From the human T2T-CHM13v2.0 reference genome, Homo sapiens: a stretch of 64,000 bases of DNA. Made by a program: the position numbers and the translations under genes. Below, one piece after another: positions 1-15,236 of the stretch; within the stretch, counting starts at the first letter, position 1, and every line of letters starts with the position of its first letter. The stretch is from assembly GCF_009914755.1 (NCBI RefSeq), contig NC_060932.1, one strand, 5' to 3'. The notes beneath the pieces were generated by a model that saw only the letters and a list, made by a program, of their open reading frames with translations, did no database searches and was not told the origin of the DNA.

Positions 1-330
1 ATCTATTGACGTCTCAAAATTACATGCACTAGAGTATGAACAGCTGGTTCTCCTTTATTGGTTTTCATGCAGAAATGATTATTTTCCAGTGGGTAATTAC
101 TGACTGATTTATTTCCTATATCCATTTGCTCACATTTTAATGTCCCTGAATACTTAGAAGAGGTCATCTTTTGCAAGGAAATGTGTTTGAAATGCTAAAG
201 TTACTGTGATTATAAAATTTCTAAATTTTAATACCTTTTCAATCATTGGTTAAATATATATTACATTCACTTTTTTCCAGGACAAATTAAACAGTAGCAA
301 ATGAAATAGGAACTCTCAGATAATACCAAC

Positions 331-476
331 CGTGATAACTGAGCACAAAAAAGCCACTTGTTGTGAAATCACTGTGGAATTTGATTAGAATCTGATTTGA
401 AGTACTGTAGACTGATTCCAAAGCGGTATTGCCACTGAACTGACCGATCTGAGGTGAATTTTGGTCTGGTCCATCC
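331..476 (-). CDS. CSMD3: CSMD3 coding exon (146 nt), C-terminal half of CUB domain: (W)DGPDQNSPQIGQFSGNTALESVYSTSNQILIKFHSDFTTSGFFVLSYH
   Basis: Acceptor tctcatag|G (AG at 477-478), donor CACG|gttggt (GT at 329-330). Phase 2 in, phase 1 out; joins TG| of exon 1654-1831 to give W-D-G. CUB motif F.SD...GF. Confidence 0.92.
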
Positions 477-910
477 CTATGAGACAAGGATTGGGAAAGG
501 AGGAGAGATCAAGATTGATTGTGGAAGTAGTTTTGAACCGTATTTAATAAAAGTATTGCATATATTTATATTCTAACGTATCAATAATAAAGATGCAGGA
601 AGCTAACCAATGAGTACAAATTATATATTCTATATCTATGTAGGTGACCACATATTTTTAAATGTCAAGTATAAAAATAGATTACATTTTTACTAAATGG
701 AATGTACTCATATTAGTTATAATCAATACATTGTCTTTGTTTTTTTTTTTTTTTACCAAAACTCTGATGCTTTTAAATGCTTGAGGTTTGCCCCTCTTTT
801 ATTTTCTTCAGCAACAGTCTTGAGAATCACAGACTGTTAAAGTTACAACTCTTAGAACTCAGATAAATTATCAGTAGTTAATTATTAATTCAGATACTTT
901 CTTTAATACA

Positions 911-1211
911 TTTTTATTTATTTATTTATTTAGAGCCAGGGCCTCACTCCGTTGCCCATGCTGGAGTGCAGTAGGATGATCACAGCTCACTGCACCTTTG
1001 ACCTCCCAGGCTCAAGGGATCCTCTCATCTCAGCCTCCTGAATAGCTGGGACCACAGGCGCATGCCACCATGTCTGGCTAATTTTTTATTTTTTCTAGAG
1101 AGAGTCTCACTATGTTGCCCAGGCTGGTATTGAATTCTTGGGATGAAGTGATGCTCCCACTGTGGCCTCCCAAAGTGCTGGGATTGCAGATGTTAGCCAC
1201 TGCACCTGGCC
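911..1211 (-). mobile_element. AluJ
   Basis: (TTTA)n tail then Alu body with J-type 'cacagctcactgca..ctcaag.gatcctc', ending gcacctggcc. Confidence 0.9.
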
Positions 1212-1652
1212 TTAATATATTTTTAAATAAAGATGTTTCAATTGACAAGACTTTAATACAATTAAATTTTTATGGCAGAAATCCACTAGTTATATTAAAT
1301 AATTATAATTTCTTAAATTCCACTGGCTTTTGTAAGTAGAGAACTTCCATACCTTAAACTTAAGTCTGTTAACTTCCTGTTTTAGCACATTAATTTAATA
1401 ATATTTTTTAATCTTGTTTTCACCTATGAAGTCTTTGTTCCACAATGCTTACCTAGTTCATGGGGCAAATAAGCCAAAACCTATTTCTCTTGTGTATGTA
1501 ATTCTACAAGACACATACTGTCACCCTCAGTTACTCACATCAATTCAAATATCAGATGACAATTTGTAACAGAGGATTGTGATATATTTTTATTCCAACC
1601 TTGTTTTACTGTGTATATAATTGAATAAATCAATAACAATAGTCCTGACTTA

Positions 1653-1922
<270 letters not shown>

Positions 1923-2530
1923 TTATGAAACACATTTATGCCTTGTTTTTACTTCAGTTGAGGTATGTATAATGAAGTTGGCAACAGTGCACAAAATAGA
2001 GTCAACTTTTATTTATTTTTCCACATGAGGTATACTAAATAATTGTTATTAATGATCACTAGATTAGTAAATTACATTGTCTTCTCTATTATTTAAATAT
2101 TTTATATCAATGCAAAGACTTTAACTTTCATTTGCCTCTTACTATGTGTACATATAAGGCCTTATAAGAGGTTCAAAGCCTTTTATTTCAAAGGATTTTC
2201 TAGAGGAAAGGAACTCAGTAGCAGTATCTGGGTTAGTGGTTTATGTAAGAATGACTTAAATGCATACAAACCCACATGCACCCCCTTCCCTTCCCCACAC
2301 ACATAAGAAAAGCTCTAAAGTGTGAATCAACTATTTTTTCACTCCCAATAGGAAAGGTTAGGACTCCTGCCAATAATGATAAAATCGTTATTCATTATAG
2401 AGCCTTAGGGGTTTAAAAAATATCTTCAGCTGAGAGACTATATATTTAGCATGCTATTGGAAGAGGAAGACAAGTAAAAAGTGCCAAAACAATATTAAAA
2501 ACAGATGACATCACCTAAAAGATAGCTTCA

Positions 2531-2845
<315 letters not shown>

Positions 2846-3981
2846 TTATAAATAGCAATTCAGGTTTATGATAAATGCTGTCAATGACCTGTGACATAAA
2901 TTTCTTCTCATGTCTACAATTTTCATATTTAAAATGTTAGTACAATTAATAAAAACGCATGCTTTCTTCACCTACTTGTGCAACCCAACTAAATTATGTT
3001 TTAATGAAAATGTAAACTCTTCTTAAAGCTACAATTTTAATCCAATGCATTCTGATTCTCTTCCAGAGAATGCAATTGCTTCTTGATTATGTTACAAGCA
3101 CACAGAATGCAATAAGAATATGTATAAGCCTAATTCTGAGCCTTTTTACAGTTTGTTTTACTAATTGTTTTTCTACAGATCACAATATACTTCTGTTGAG
3201 TTAATTTCAAAGAAGTTAGTTTGTAAAATAAAGCACTGGAAAAAAATTTTATTTTAATATAAAATGAACTTTGTACTTCAGTTATGGGATAATTTGGGCA
3301 ATGCAGTATAATTGCCTATTTATTTGTTCATACTTCTCTTGCTCTACATTTTGTATGAGATCAAAGTTCCTGTTTGTATTATTATCATATCTCAAAGCCT
3401 TGGCTATTGCCTTTCACAGAGTAGTGTTAAATAAACATTACTAAATAAATGTTAGACCTATGAACAGGGCCTATTCTCATAAAATATCAATATTTGGAAC
3501 TTTTTAATTAAGAAGTTCAAAATTGTATTCTAATTAGTAAAATTTAAATTTCTGAAAATCAAAGACTACTTCTCTACCAAACCGTTAAAATTTTATATTC
3601 CTCAAATAAAAAATCACATTCGAAGTTAAATAAACTATCCTGTTGTTTATTACAATATAACTCAAATTTTTAGGACTAAAGATTTCAGAATTAATGAACA
3701 AATTCTTTAAAATGTTAAGTGCTTTCATTCTTAATGTGTCCTTTTCATTTTAATTGATATTCTACACAAAAAATATTCTACACAAAAATATATTAGAAAG
3801 AGTTCTTATTCCAACTTAAGACAAATGTGTATTAGGAATTGATCATTAGGAGTTGGAATATATTATTCTATTAAATATACCCTTTCAATTTCTACTCCAA
3901 GTTTTTTAGTTTAATAAGTATAGAAAATAGATTTTAAGTGTGTAGGAGAAAGTTCCCATTCTAATGTTATATACAATACAG

Positions 3982-4627
3982 TGAGGTGGGAGAATTGGGT
4001 CTGGAGGCAGGGAACCTAAGGCTGTCTAACACCAACTTCCTCAAACTAAATTGAAAGGAAAACCCTAACTTTCCACAACTTAGTAATAAGAGGACCAGAG
4101 GCAACTCCATCTGCAAACCCCTCACCTTTTTGGCCCAGCAGATGAGAAATTGGCTGTCTGCAACCAATCAGACTGATTGCAGGCCGAGTCCTCGTTTGCA
4201 CAGAAGTATAACTTTGTAACTTCACCTTAGCCTCTGATTGGTTGCAAAAAGCAATTGGTTGCTTTTTGCAACCAATCAGATATTTGCACAGGAGTGTGAT
4301 CTTTGTAACTTCACTTCAGCTTCTGGTTGGCTGCTTTCAGATCAGACTGATTGCGGGCTACCACTTCATCTACATGGGGTGAGCATGAAGTGGCCAATGG
4401 GAAACTTCTAGGGGGCATCTGGACCCAAAAAGATTCTGTATCTGGGCCCTTGAGCCACTGATCGGCCTGCTCCCACACTGGGAGTGTACTTTTGTTTTCA
4501 ATAAATCTCTGCTTTCGTTCTTTTGTTGCTTCATTCTTTCTTTGCTTTGCTGGGCGTTTTGTCCAATTCTTTGTTCAAAAAGCCAAGAATCCGGACAACT
4601 TGCAGTCACAATCTTGTACCGGTGACA
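3982..4627 (+). mobile_element. MER51-family (ERV1) solo LTR
   Basis: TG...CA termini. 4-bp TSD ACAG at 3978-3981 and 4628-4631. MER51-type start (tgaggtgggagaattgggtctggaggcagggaacctaagg). Several CCAAT boxes; AATAAA at 4500-4505. Confidence 0.88.
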
Positions 4628-6458
4628 ACAGGACTTACCAAACCTAATAATCTTGTCAGTAATAACATTAATTTTCAAACTGATTCCTTCAGTAGATGGG
4701 TACTCTAAATTGTACAGTATAACTTTTCCAAATTCAGAAGGTTCTTAAAATTTAACCACAAAATCAATCCAAAAATAATATTGACTCTGTGAATATATAT
4801 GTTAACTATTTCTTTAAAATGCACTAGGTTAGTTACATAAATGTAGCACAAAAAGAAACCATTTTAAAACTCAGTGTGATTCACAACATCTCCTCATCAT
4901 TGTAATACATTATGGCTCCTGTTAATAATACGTCAGTAACAGTGAAAAAAGTTTATATATTTTACACTTTTATTAGGTCAATAATGAATTGTTTTTCAAG
5001 GATATATTAACTGAAAATATCAGAGTTAATAAAGCTCAATTTCTAGTTTTACATCATTCAAATAAGAACATTATTTTGAGAGAGAGGGAAAATGAGAATA
5101 GGAAAAAAACAGGTTTAGTCTGTTTTAAGGTGCATGGCAAAGAACTTGGCATAAGGCCATGTACACTTGCTAAAGTATATCACAAATATGGTTCTGAGTC
5201 TTCTAGCAGCAAAGAAGAGAAATTCAACCAATTACCCAATTGTTTTAAAAATAATTAATTTCCTTGCAAGCATGGTTAATTCAATGTGCTGGGAGGTGAT
5301 TGAAATGACTCCTATTTTATGAAAGTGATTATGTGTAATGTAGTGTTCTTACATTATGCACGCAAGTATAATACAAATTATAATTATTTCAGATCCATGT
5401 AATTTGATGTTTAAGACCTATCTCTATCTTAACTACTTTCAAATTTCCTCTTTGGTAGATACTTTAGCAAATATTTATTGTGCTTACTGCTCTAGATGCT
5501 TATGATACTCCAATGAACAACCCAATTGCCTGTTCTTGAGGAGCTGAGATACAAAAGCATTACATAAAGTCCTTCAATAATTAGGGCAGAGATGTAATAA
5601 CATTTTAGTTTATTTTGATTAAAAATTTCAGCCATTAGAAATAAACTTTATTATGTAAAATATCATTTTAATATTTAATTTTAACAGAATATACACATAT
5701 AAGACATGAAATAATATAATAGCAATAGCTAAAAAGGACTGAGTAATTACTAAAAATATACATCATGGAATACACCTTACATACATTTTTTAATAAAAAG
5801 TTCAATACAACTTATCTGAAAGTATAATTAACTCCATTATGCACATGAGCAAATGGAGAGCAAGGCCGAGGCCACATTAGATAGAATAGGAAGAATCAAC
5901 ATTTGAGCCTAGCTCTACTTACGCCCAAACCCTTTACTCAAAAGAGATAAAAATCTTGCTCAAGGTCATGCAGTAGTTCTGTTTGAGAGATAGGTCTAAT
6001 ATAACATGATTATCAAAGTATTTATATTCTCATGACAATAGAACAAAATGAAGGAATGTCATATTAGTCTTATCACTATAAAGTAAAAGAACATTTTACA
6101 TAATACAACACATGAATAATACAAAATATCTTTTCAATATATTCCTTTTAATATAAAAGCAAAGATACATCTTTGCTGTGCAGCTGGCCTTGCTTATTTG
6201 CCATGCCTTGCTTAATTTAATTGTGTATTAACTTAAGACTAATTCAATCCAGTTTCATGGTTAGGATTTTCTAAGGTCTCAGAGAGACATCATTCTCCCT
6301 GTGTAGTTCCCAGAGAGTTGCATTGTTCTAAAAATCTTCCTAATTGAAGCTCACCTTGGCTTAAGTTTTTTTTTTTTTCTTTCTAAAACAGAATACAGAA
6401 AATAATTAGACTCAGTTAAATATTTCTAATAGCTGATTTGGGGTTATATAAATTTTCA

Positions 6459-6734
<276 letters not shown>

Positions 6735-7499
6735 TTAAACATAAATATACACACACACAATCACATCAATGTACTTAGATAAGTTTGCATTTAAGTCAAG
6801 AGGCATAATCTCAAGATCTGAGTCATGGATTTGCTGTCTGCCTAGGACAGGTAACTTTGCTGAGGTTCAAAGTAAAAGAATACTGCTCTCACATGTCCAT
6901 TATTAGTTAAAAGGAAAAACATTTCATTTCATTATAATGTCACTGTATGAAAAATGATCCAAAAAAGTGGCTTTCTTATTCTTTAATACGCTTTAAATTA
7001 CATAAACTAATTTTTAGAGGAAAAGGCCGCTTTTGGCCTAATTTGTGTTATGGAAAAGGTCAATCTAAGGTTGAAAATAATTGCAAATTTGTAATATAGA
7101 TTTGTAACATAGATTCCACAATTGCATTAGAAGTTATTCATTCACAGGAGAGAAATTAACTTCTCAGAAATATAACGTATATAATTTAAAGGGTGCTCTT
7201 TCAGTGTTTTGCTTATCAGAAGATAATGCAGGCTTTTATATAATAACCTTAATAAAATCTGGTGATCATTGTTATATGTGGTCATATTGCAATGTAATCT
7301 CAATATCTTTATAAGCATAACTAAAATACGAGACAGTGAAATGTCTCTGGGATAAAAAATGTTAATTAAAGTATATTTGCTTAATTAATTTAACACTCAA
7401 TTTTAGTAAATTTGATGTTTTTCTTACTATTATCACTCTCTAAATTATTTGTAATAAAATCTGATATTTGGTGAAAGTTTTAAGTTATTTATATTTGCT

Positions 7500-7692
7500 A
7501 CACATTATATATATTACCTGCCTTAAGTGATTTATATATGCTAACTTATTTAATTCTCACCATTTCATGAGAACAAGGAAAGTGAGTCGCAGAGAAGTAA
7601 GACACATGTAAAGTTTACACAATGACCCAGTAGGCTTGAACTGCAAACCGAGGCATTCAGACTCTTAAGCTTATGATATTAATAACTACACT
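7500..7692 (-). mobile_element. MIR fragment
   Basis: Degenerate MIR core ('taattctcac...aggaaagtgagtcgcagagaagtaag...gactcttaagc'). Confidence 0.55.
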
Positions 7693-7970
7693 GGGGCTCT
7701 GAGTAAACGCGCATCATGTTACTAAATGATTTTTTAAACAGTCCCTTGGACAAATAAGCTTTGGAAATATTTAAAACAGGGTTTAAAATATTAAACAACT
7801 TTCTAAAAAATTAGATTAACTTTTTAGAACTTTGGACATGCAACCTTAATATGTGAAGACCGAAGATATGCACTTTTTGTTTTTATTTTTAACTGAGCAC
7901 TTTTATTACAAACATTTTCCAAAATTGTTTCATATATTCTTGAACATATGTTTCTTTACCTCTTGAAATG

Positions 7971-8003
7971 TATTATATATATATATATTTATATATATAT
8001 ATT

Positions 8004-8034
<31 letters not shown>

Positions 8035-8037
8035 ATA
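7971..8037. repeat. Interrupted (TA)n microsatellite
   Basis: Direct reading: TA runs with TTT interruptions. Confidence 0.95.
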
Positions 8038-8666
8038 GTTTAAATACATTGGACCTAATATTTGATTTAATCAAAACTCAAAGAAAAGAGTATGGTTATT
8101 AAAATGTAATCAAGTATCTAAATCTCTTATGTTTTCATTTATAAATTAGAGCTATATATTCAAGTTTTAATAAAGTTGGTTTTCAAAATCAAGAATTAGC
8201 CAGAAATTGAAGATCATGTTATAATGAGATTATTGAAACTATTTTTAATAATTCATTTTAAAATAATTCATTTAGCTACATAAGCTACAGTGGCTAGTGA
8301 AAGACGTGGAAGAGCCATGCTGGTTCAAATCTGTTGTTCATTTACATCAGTATTCTATCAATGGACATAGAAGTTCACTACAACTTCGAATTTAGAGTTT
8401 CCACATTTTAGCCAAAATGATCCTAAATAGGATTTCTAAATAGAAAGTCCCCAGCAACCTTCTCTCAATAACGTTCTGCTTTCCCAAAACCTCAGGCCAG
8501 TCACACAGTGTTCAGGCATGTTTAATTTTTTTTAGCTTTCTCACCTGCATTTTTCTACTTGTTACCTTGTTTACCTGGAATTTCTTTCACACGTCCTGCA
8601 GCAGACTGACATTCTTTGCTGGACTGACTTTTACTTAACTTTTTGTTTTTTCATTTCATTTAATCA

Positions 8667-9185
<519 letters not shown>

Positions 9186-9199
9186 TGGTTACTTATCTT

Positions 9200-9450
9200 T
9201 AAAGCTAAAGTTTAAGCATCACTCCCTCTGTCAAGACTTTACTGCATTTCCTATACTAGGCTGATGTCCATTCTAAGTACAATCCTGTGCTCTCTAGTTA
9301 CACTGTATCATAATAATACATTTTACTGTCTCCTCATTATGACTGTAACTTATTTAAAGAAAAATGCAAAGTCTGCATTGCCATACATTTTATCTCCAGC
9401 ACTTAGCAGTATCTGGAGTATAATATACACTCAGTAAATATTTGTCAAAA
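9200..9450 (+). mobile_element. L2 3' end fragment
   Basis: 'ccagcacttagcagtatctgg...actcagtaaatatttg' resembles the L2 terminus. Confidence 0.6.
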
Positions 9451-10127
9451 CTATGAGTTATCTGTTAATTTATGTAAAACATTTAAATATGCATTTATAC
9501 TCTGAGGTTGTAGATGCTTACTGGGTAGTGAGATACCCAAGTTCAGTCCTCAATAAGTGACATAGTACAGAATTTCCTAATAACTCTAAAACTACCTGGT
9601 TTGTGCTTCAATGAGTATCTATTCATCCTAGTCTTCTGTGATTTAATGAACATGTGTACCCTCAATCAAGCACTTCTTTTAGTGCATTTATAAACTCATA
9701 GGATCTGCAAAAGCTGTAAGAGAGTATATTAGTGATGTAAGGGTAAGGAGAATTTATTAAATATGATATATTATGTAATGTATCAAAAATATTGGGAATT
9801 ATTACATTAAAATTGGGAAGGTATTATAGTGATTTGTATTTAAACCTAATATTTTAAAATTCATACTACTTTTTAAAAATAAAATCTGATTTACTTGCAA
9901 AGAAAATGGGATGAATTCAATAGATTACTAGAAAATAATAACTGTACTACTTGATTACAGCAATAAGAAAAGAGTTACAAAAACAATGCACATAAAATTT
10001 AGGTTGAATTTATCATTATTATACATATCTAATTCAGGGTATATCCATACATAGCGACTGAAAAATAGTATAAGTCTGTCTAGCTATATCAGTCTATACA
10101 TCTCTATATATAATTATAAAATGACCT

Positions 10128-10880
10128 GGCACACTGTTGGTGGGAATAAATATTAGTACAGACATTACAGGAAACAATATGGAGGTTCCACAAAAAAATT
10201 TAAAACAGAACTACCACATGTGCCAACAATCCTACCACTGGGTATATGTGCAAAAGAATTGAAGTCAGAATCTTGAAGAGATATCTTCAATCTTGTATTT
10301 CTGCAGCATTACTCACAATGGACAAGATACGGAATCAACCTAAGTGTCCATCATCTGATGAATGGATAAAGAAAATATAGTATACATACACAATGAAACA
10401 CTATTCAGCCATAAAAAAAACAAGGGAATTCTGTCATATACAACAAAATGGATGAACCTGGAGGGCATTATGTTAAGTGCAATTAAGTCAGGCACAGAAA
10501 GACATATCACATGATCTCACATGTGGAATCTGAAAAAACTGAACTCAGGAGTAGAAAGTAGAAGGGTAGTTACCAGGGTGTAAGAGAGAAGGATTAAGAA
10601 AATGTTGGTTAAAGGGCACAAAATTTCAGTTACACAAAAGAAGTAAATTCATTGTACAACATGGTAACTATAGTTATTAACAACATATTGCGCTCTTGAA
10701 AATTGCTAAGAGGGTTTTAAGTGTTCTCACCATAAAAAATATTAGAGATAATATATTAATTAACTTTATTTAGTTCTTCCAAAATGTATACAAATTTCAA
10801 AACATCATGTTGTACATGATAAATATGTACAATTTTTATTTGTCAATTAAAAAATAATAAATCAGAGTAAAAAAAAAATA
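10128..10880 (+). mobile_element. L1MA-type LINE-1 3' end (ORF2 tail and 3'UTR)
   Basis: 'acactgttggtgggaat...gaactacca...aatcaacctaagtgtccatca...gaatggataaagaaaat...ttttatttgtcaattaaaaaa'. Confidence 0.88.
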
Positions 10881-11080
10881 TGCCCATATACCTTCAATTA
10901 TCCAAGTACTCCAAGTGAAATGTATTTGACTTAAGCAACAATTATTTAAATTTCACTCTTCAATTTACATAGTTGTATGTATTCCTAAACTAAACTGCAA
11001 TTTGTGAAGATTTTATAAATTCTTATTCGACATTGAAATTTATTTTAAGGCTACATTAATAAATATTGAAAGCTCTTTCA

Positions 11081-11263
<183 letters not shown>

Positions 11264-11625
11264 TTACTGTATTAAAAAACATATTAAAATCATTTCACGT
11301 TTTCAAGGCTCTGAGTTAAAACTGATATAAATTTGAATATTGTCTGTTCACTCACTATACACTAGGAATTAAATATAATCAACAACAGATTTTCTAAAAC
11401 AGCATAAAAAGACAACATCCTTCCTTCCTCAGAAATAAGTGGAAAGTAAATCAATTATTGCATAAAAGTAACAGATCATGTGCAGTAAATATAAACGAAC
11501 AAAGACATGTGCTTTGCCACAGCGGGCACTTTATTTCTCTTCCTCAAGTAGTCCTAGAAATGTTTTGAATCATCCCAAAGACGATATAATTTAGAGTAAA
11601 ATCAAGCCAACCACTTCAGCTCTAA

Positions 11626-11941
<316 letters not shown>

Positions 11942-13618
11942 TATCCTTTTCCTCTTTTTGTGAGAAGGCTCAATAAAGATTTGTAAGCAAAATATTGGTT
12001 TCCATTCATATGTGAGAAGTTCACATATTACACATTAGATATGGCCTTATTTTATCCTAAAAGAATCAAGACAAAAAATAGAGAAGTAAAAATAAGTAAA
12101 AAGATGCACACAAATTTGAGAATGTAGGGAGTTCGTAAATGTGCTTGTCTTGGAATCCCTATTATACGGTTTACTATCAATAAGGTAAGCAAAAGCTCTA
12201 AGACCAGAAATTTACTCAAGTTTTTAAATATAATTAGATAGAACCCTTGAGCATATATGAAAGGCAATTGCATTTTAGAAACCTATTCTTGACCGTCTAA
12301 AGCACATTTTTATCATTTTATTGTTAGATGAAGAATCAAATTTCATGACTACAAATGAAGTTCAAAAGTTACCTATACAGAATACTTATTTGCAATCGCA
12401 TCCATTTATTTCGTGCCAAGAGTAGCAACACACAGATACTCAAATCTCAGGTTATATATTTTAAAGGCAAATTCAGTAGGAATTTTAACAATGTTTTATA
12501 CAATATTCAATAAGTTTGACAACTATCTTTTGCTATGTGAACTAAATAAATTATGTGTCAATCTGATTTTATATAATCTTGGAGTCAACCTGCATATAAA
12601 CCTTTCATCAAACTTGTGATTATAATCAAGCTCTAAAGATATACCCATATGCTTTTTTATGCTTCTGAAATCTCGTTAATTCACCCTTAAACCAAATCAA
12701 TTTTCAATGAAGTTAGTATTTACCAATTCATTTTCCTAAATTCAATTGTTCACACATATTCATCACAAAATCTGATAATTAATGAGTTGTAAAAACAATA
12801 GTTTGCTCAATTAAAATATTTTTAAAGTTTATGGCAATACATTTGTAGGTTTGTTTTGCTTTATTCTGAAATTTGAGTAAAAGGCAAGGACTATCTTTTA
12901 TTTTCTTGCCTTCACAATTTCAAGTCTTTGAGCTGCTGATTGTCCTTCTAATTCTGTTACTTTCTATCTCTTTAGATATGAACTGGAATTCCTGTCCTCT
13001 GCATTGATGGCCCCACCTTTCAGGGTGAAAAATACCAAAACCAAAAGAGAAAAAGAAAACAGAATAGAGTAAAGAGATAACAACAACAGAAGAAAAACAA
13101 TGACAAATCATTAGAGACATATGAAGAAGGATACCAAAGAATGCATCTGCCTTCAGCAATTTGTTCATGTCTATTTCCTCAGTATCTCTGCAATCTCAAC
13201 ACTCCTATGCCTTGAATATCAATTTTGTGTGTGTCATCAGCAGCTTCATGTACACTCTTTTGTGTCCCATTACACTCTTTTTGTTAGGGACAACCATACC
13301 TTAGTCTTCCAAAATAAAATCAACTTCTGTTTTTTCATCTTAGTTGTCTCTAATATCTAAAATCTCACATAAATTTTCCTTCTTTCCATCAAAATATCTG
13401 GCAGATTGCTTATTTTCCAGTTCACGAGGCTGTAGCCTTGTTATCTGATGACTAGTGTTTTAAGACATTCGCTGAATCAGCCTCTTGCTTCTAGTTTCTC
13501 CTTACAATATTGCTATTGTATCACTGCCAATATTTTAATACTCTGTCACATGTAGTACCAGCTTATTGTTCAAAATTTATAAAATACAAAAAAAAAGAGT
13601 AAAAAGGAATTTAAAATG

Positions 13619-13752
13619 GGTCAGGTGCGGTGGTTCATGCCTGTAATCTCAGCACACTGGTATACCGAGGCAGGCAGATCACCTGAGGTCAGGAGTTCGA
13701 GACCAGCATGACCAACATGGTGAAACCCCAACTTTACTAAAAATACAAAATT
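13619..13752 (+). mobile_element. AluS left monomer only
   Basis: Left arm through 'actaaaaatacaaaatta'; no right arm follows. Confidence 0.85.
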
Positions 13753-13899
13753 ATATAATAAAACAATTTTTCTAATTTAGTTTATAATATAAATGTAAAC
13801 TTAATCAAAATGATACTTTATCTACTAAAAAAGTAATTTTTTAAAAAATTGTTTTGTTACATTTTATTTCTCTTTTGCCCTGTCTTATGGTGCTGAGAA

Positions 13900-14370
13900 A
13901 ATTGATAATTTTTTAAGAATAATAATTGATGTAAGCAATATAGCAAGATGGGAACTGTCCTGTAATAATAGAGTGGTATTTAAATTGGTACAACCTTCTG
14001 GAGCAATTTGATAATATTTATGAAAGGTTTTAAGCAGTTCTATTCAGTGACATAATTAATCTATTTAAGAAAAATTATAAACAAGCTATTAGAGCTGTTT
14101 TCTAATTATGATATGAGATGTGTTCATAATAAATATAAAATTATGAAGTACATAATGTGAAAAAATAAATATGTAATTTATAATATCAAAAGATGAGAAA
14201 TAAACTTTTAACGAAAAAGAAGTAATTGCACAAATTAGACAATGCTATGTGTCAAGAATCAAAATTCAAATTTTGTTTGTTTCAGTTGTAGTTTTTGACA
14301 TTTCAAATTTTGAAAACAATATGGTATGAGAAATTCTTACACGTTAACATCAAAAAGAAAAACATTACTA
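13900..14370 (+). mobile_element. Old L1M (L1ME-like) 3' fragment
   Basis: 'taaattggtacaaccttctggagcaatttgataata' and A-rich degenerate L1 3' sequence. Confidence 0.45.
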
Positions 14371-14860
14371 TATATATATAGTATCCCAAGCCTTTACATT
14401 AATTTGTTCACTAAACAGTATATAATGGATGCCTATTTAAGATGAGAAACTTTTCAGGCACTAGCAATATGGTAATGGATGAAAGATCTAAACTCTGTGC
14501 TTTCATATTAGCAGAAAAAAACATATTTATTTTACTCTTTGTGCTCTTTTATATTCTCAACTTTTATACTCAATTGGATATACACATAAACACACACACA
14601 CCACACAATATATTTACAATCACCATTATCTGCACATATGTAAGTGTTCAGAATTGCATTACATGTATATATATGAGGTAATTTTAAAATTGGTATAATA
14701 TGCATTTACAAATTAATCATAGTACCTTAAAAACTTCCCTTAAAAAAATCATCCAATTTAAAGTCTGAGTGTTTTCAATGTACTTTGCCAATTAAACACA
14801 TCATCACTCTTAAACATTTTTCAGTACTCTTCAAAAAGAATTGTGTGCATTTTACGCAGA

Positions 14861-15236
14861 TGTTGTGGACTTAATTATGTCCCCCCAAAATTTATATTTT
14901 GAAGTCCTAACCCCTAATGTGACTGTATTTGGAGATAGGGCCTTAATGAAGGTACTTAAGGTTAAATGAGGTCATAAGAGGAGGGTCTTAATCCAATAGG
15001 ACTGGTGTCCTTTAAGAAGAGGAAGAGACACCAGGAGCGTGGGTGCACAAACCAAAGATCATGCAAGAGATACCATCTACAAGCCAACAAGAGAGGCCCT
15101 TAGAAGATACCAATCTGCTAGCACCTTGTTTTGTAACTTCAAGCTTCCAGAACTCTGAGAAAATAAATTTCTGTTGTTTAAACTACCCAATCTGGAGTGT
15201 TCTGCTATGGAAACCCAAGCAGAGGAATGTAATACA
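14861..15236 (+). mobile_element. MLT1A-type MaLR solo LTR
   Basis: TG...CA termini; 'tgtccccccaaaatttatattttgaagtcctaacccc...ggactggtgtcctttaagaagagg...aaataaatttctgttgtttaa...taataca'. Confidence 0.88.
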
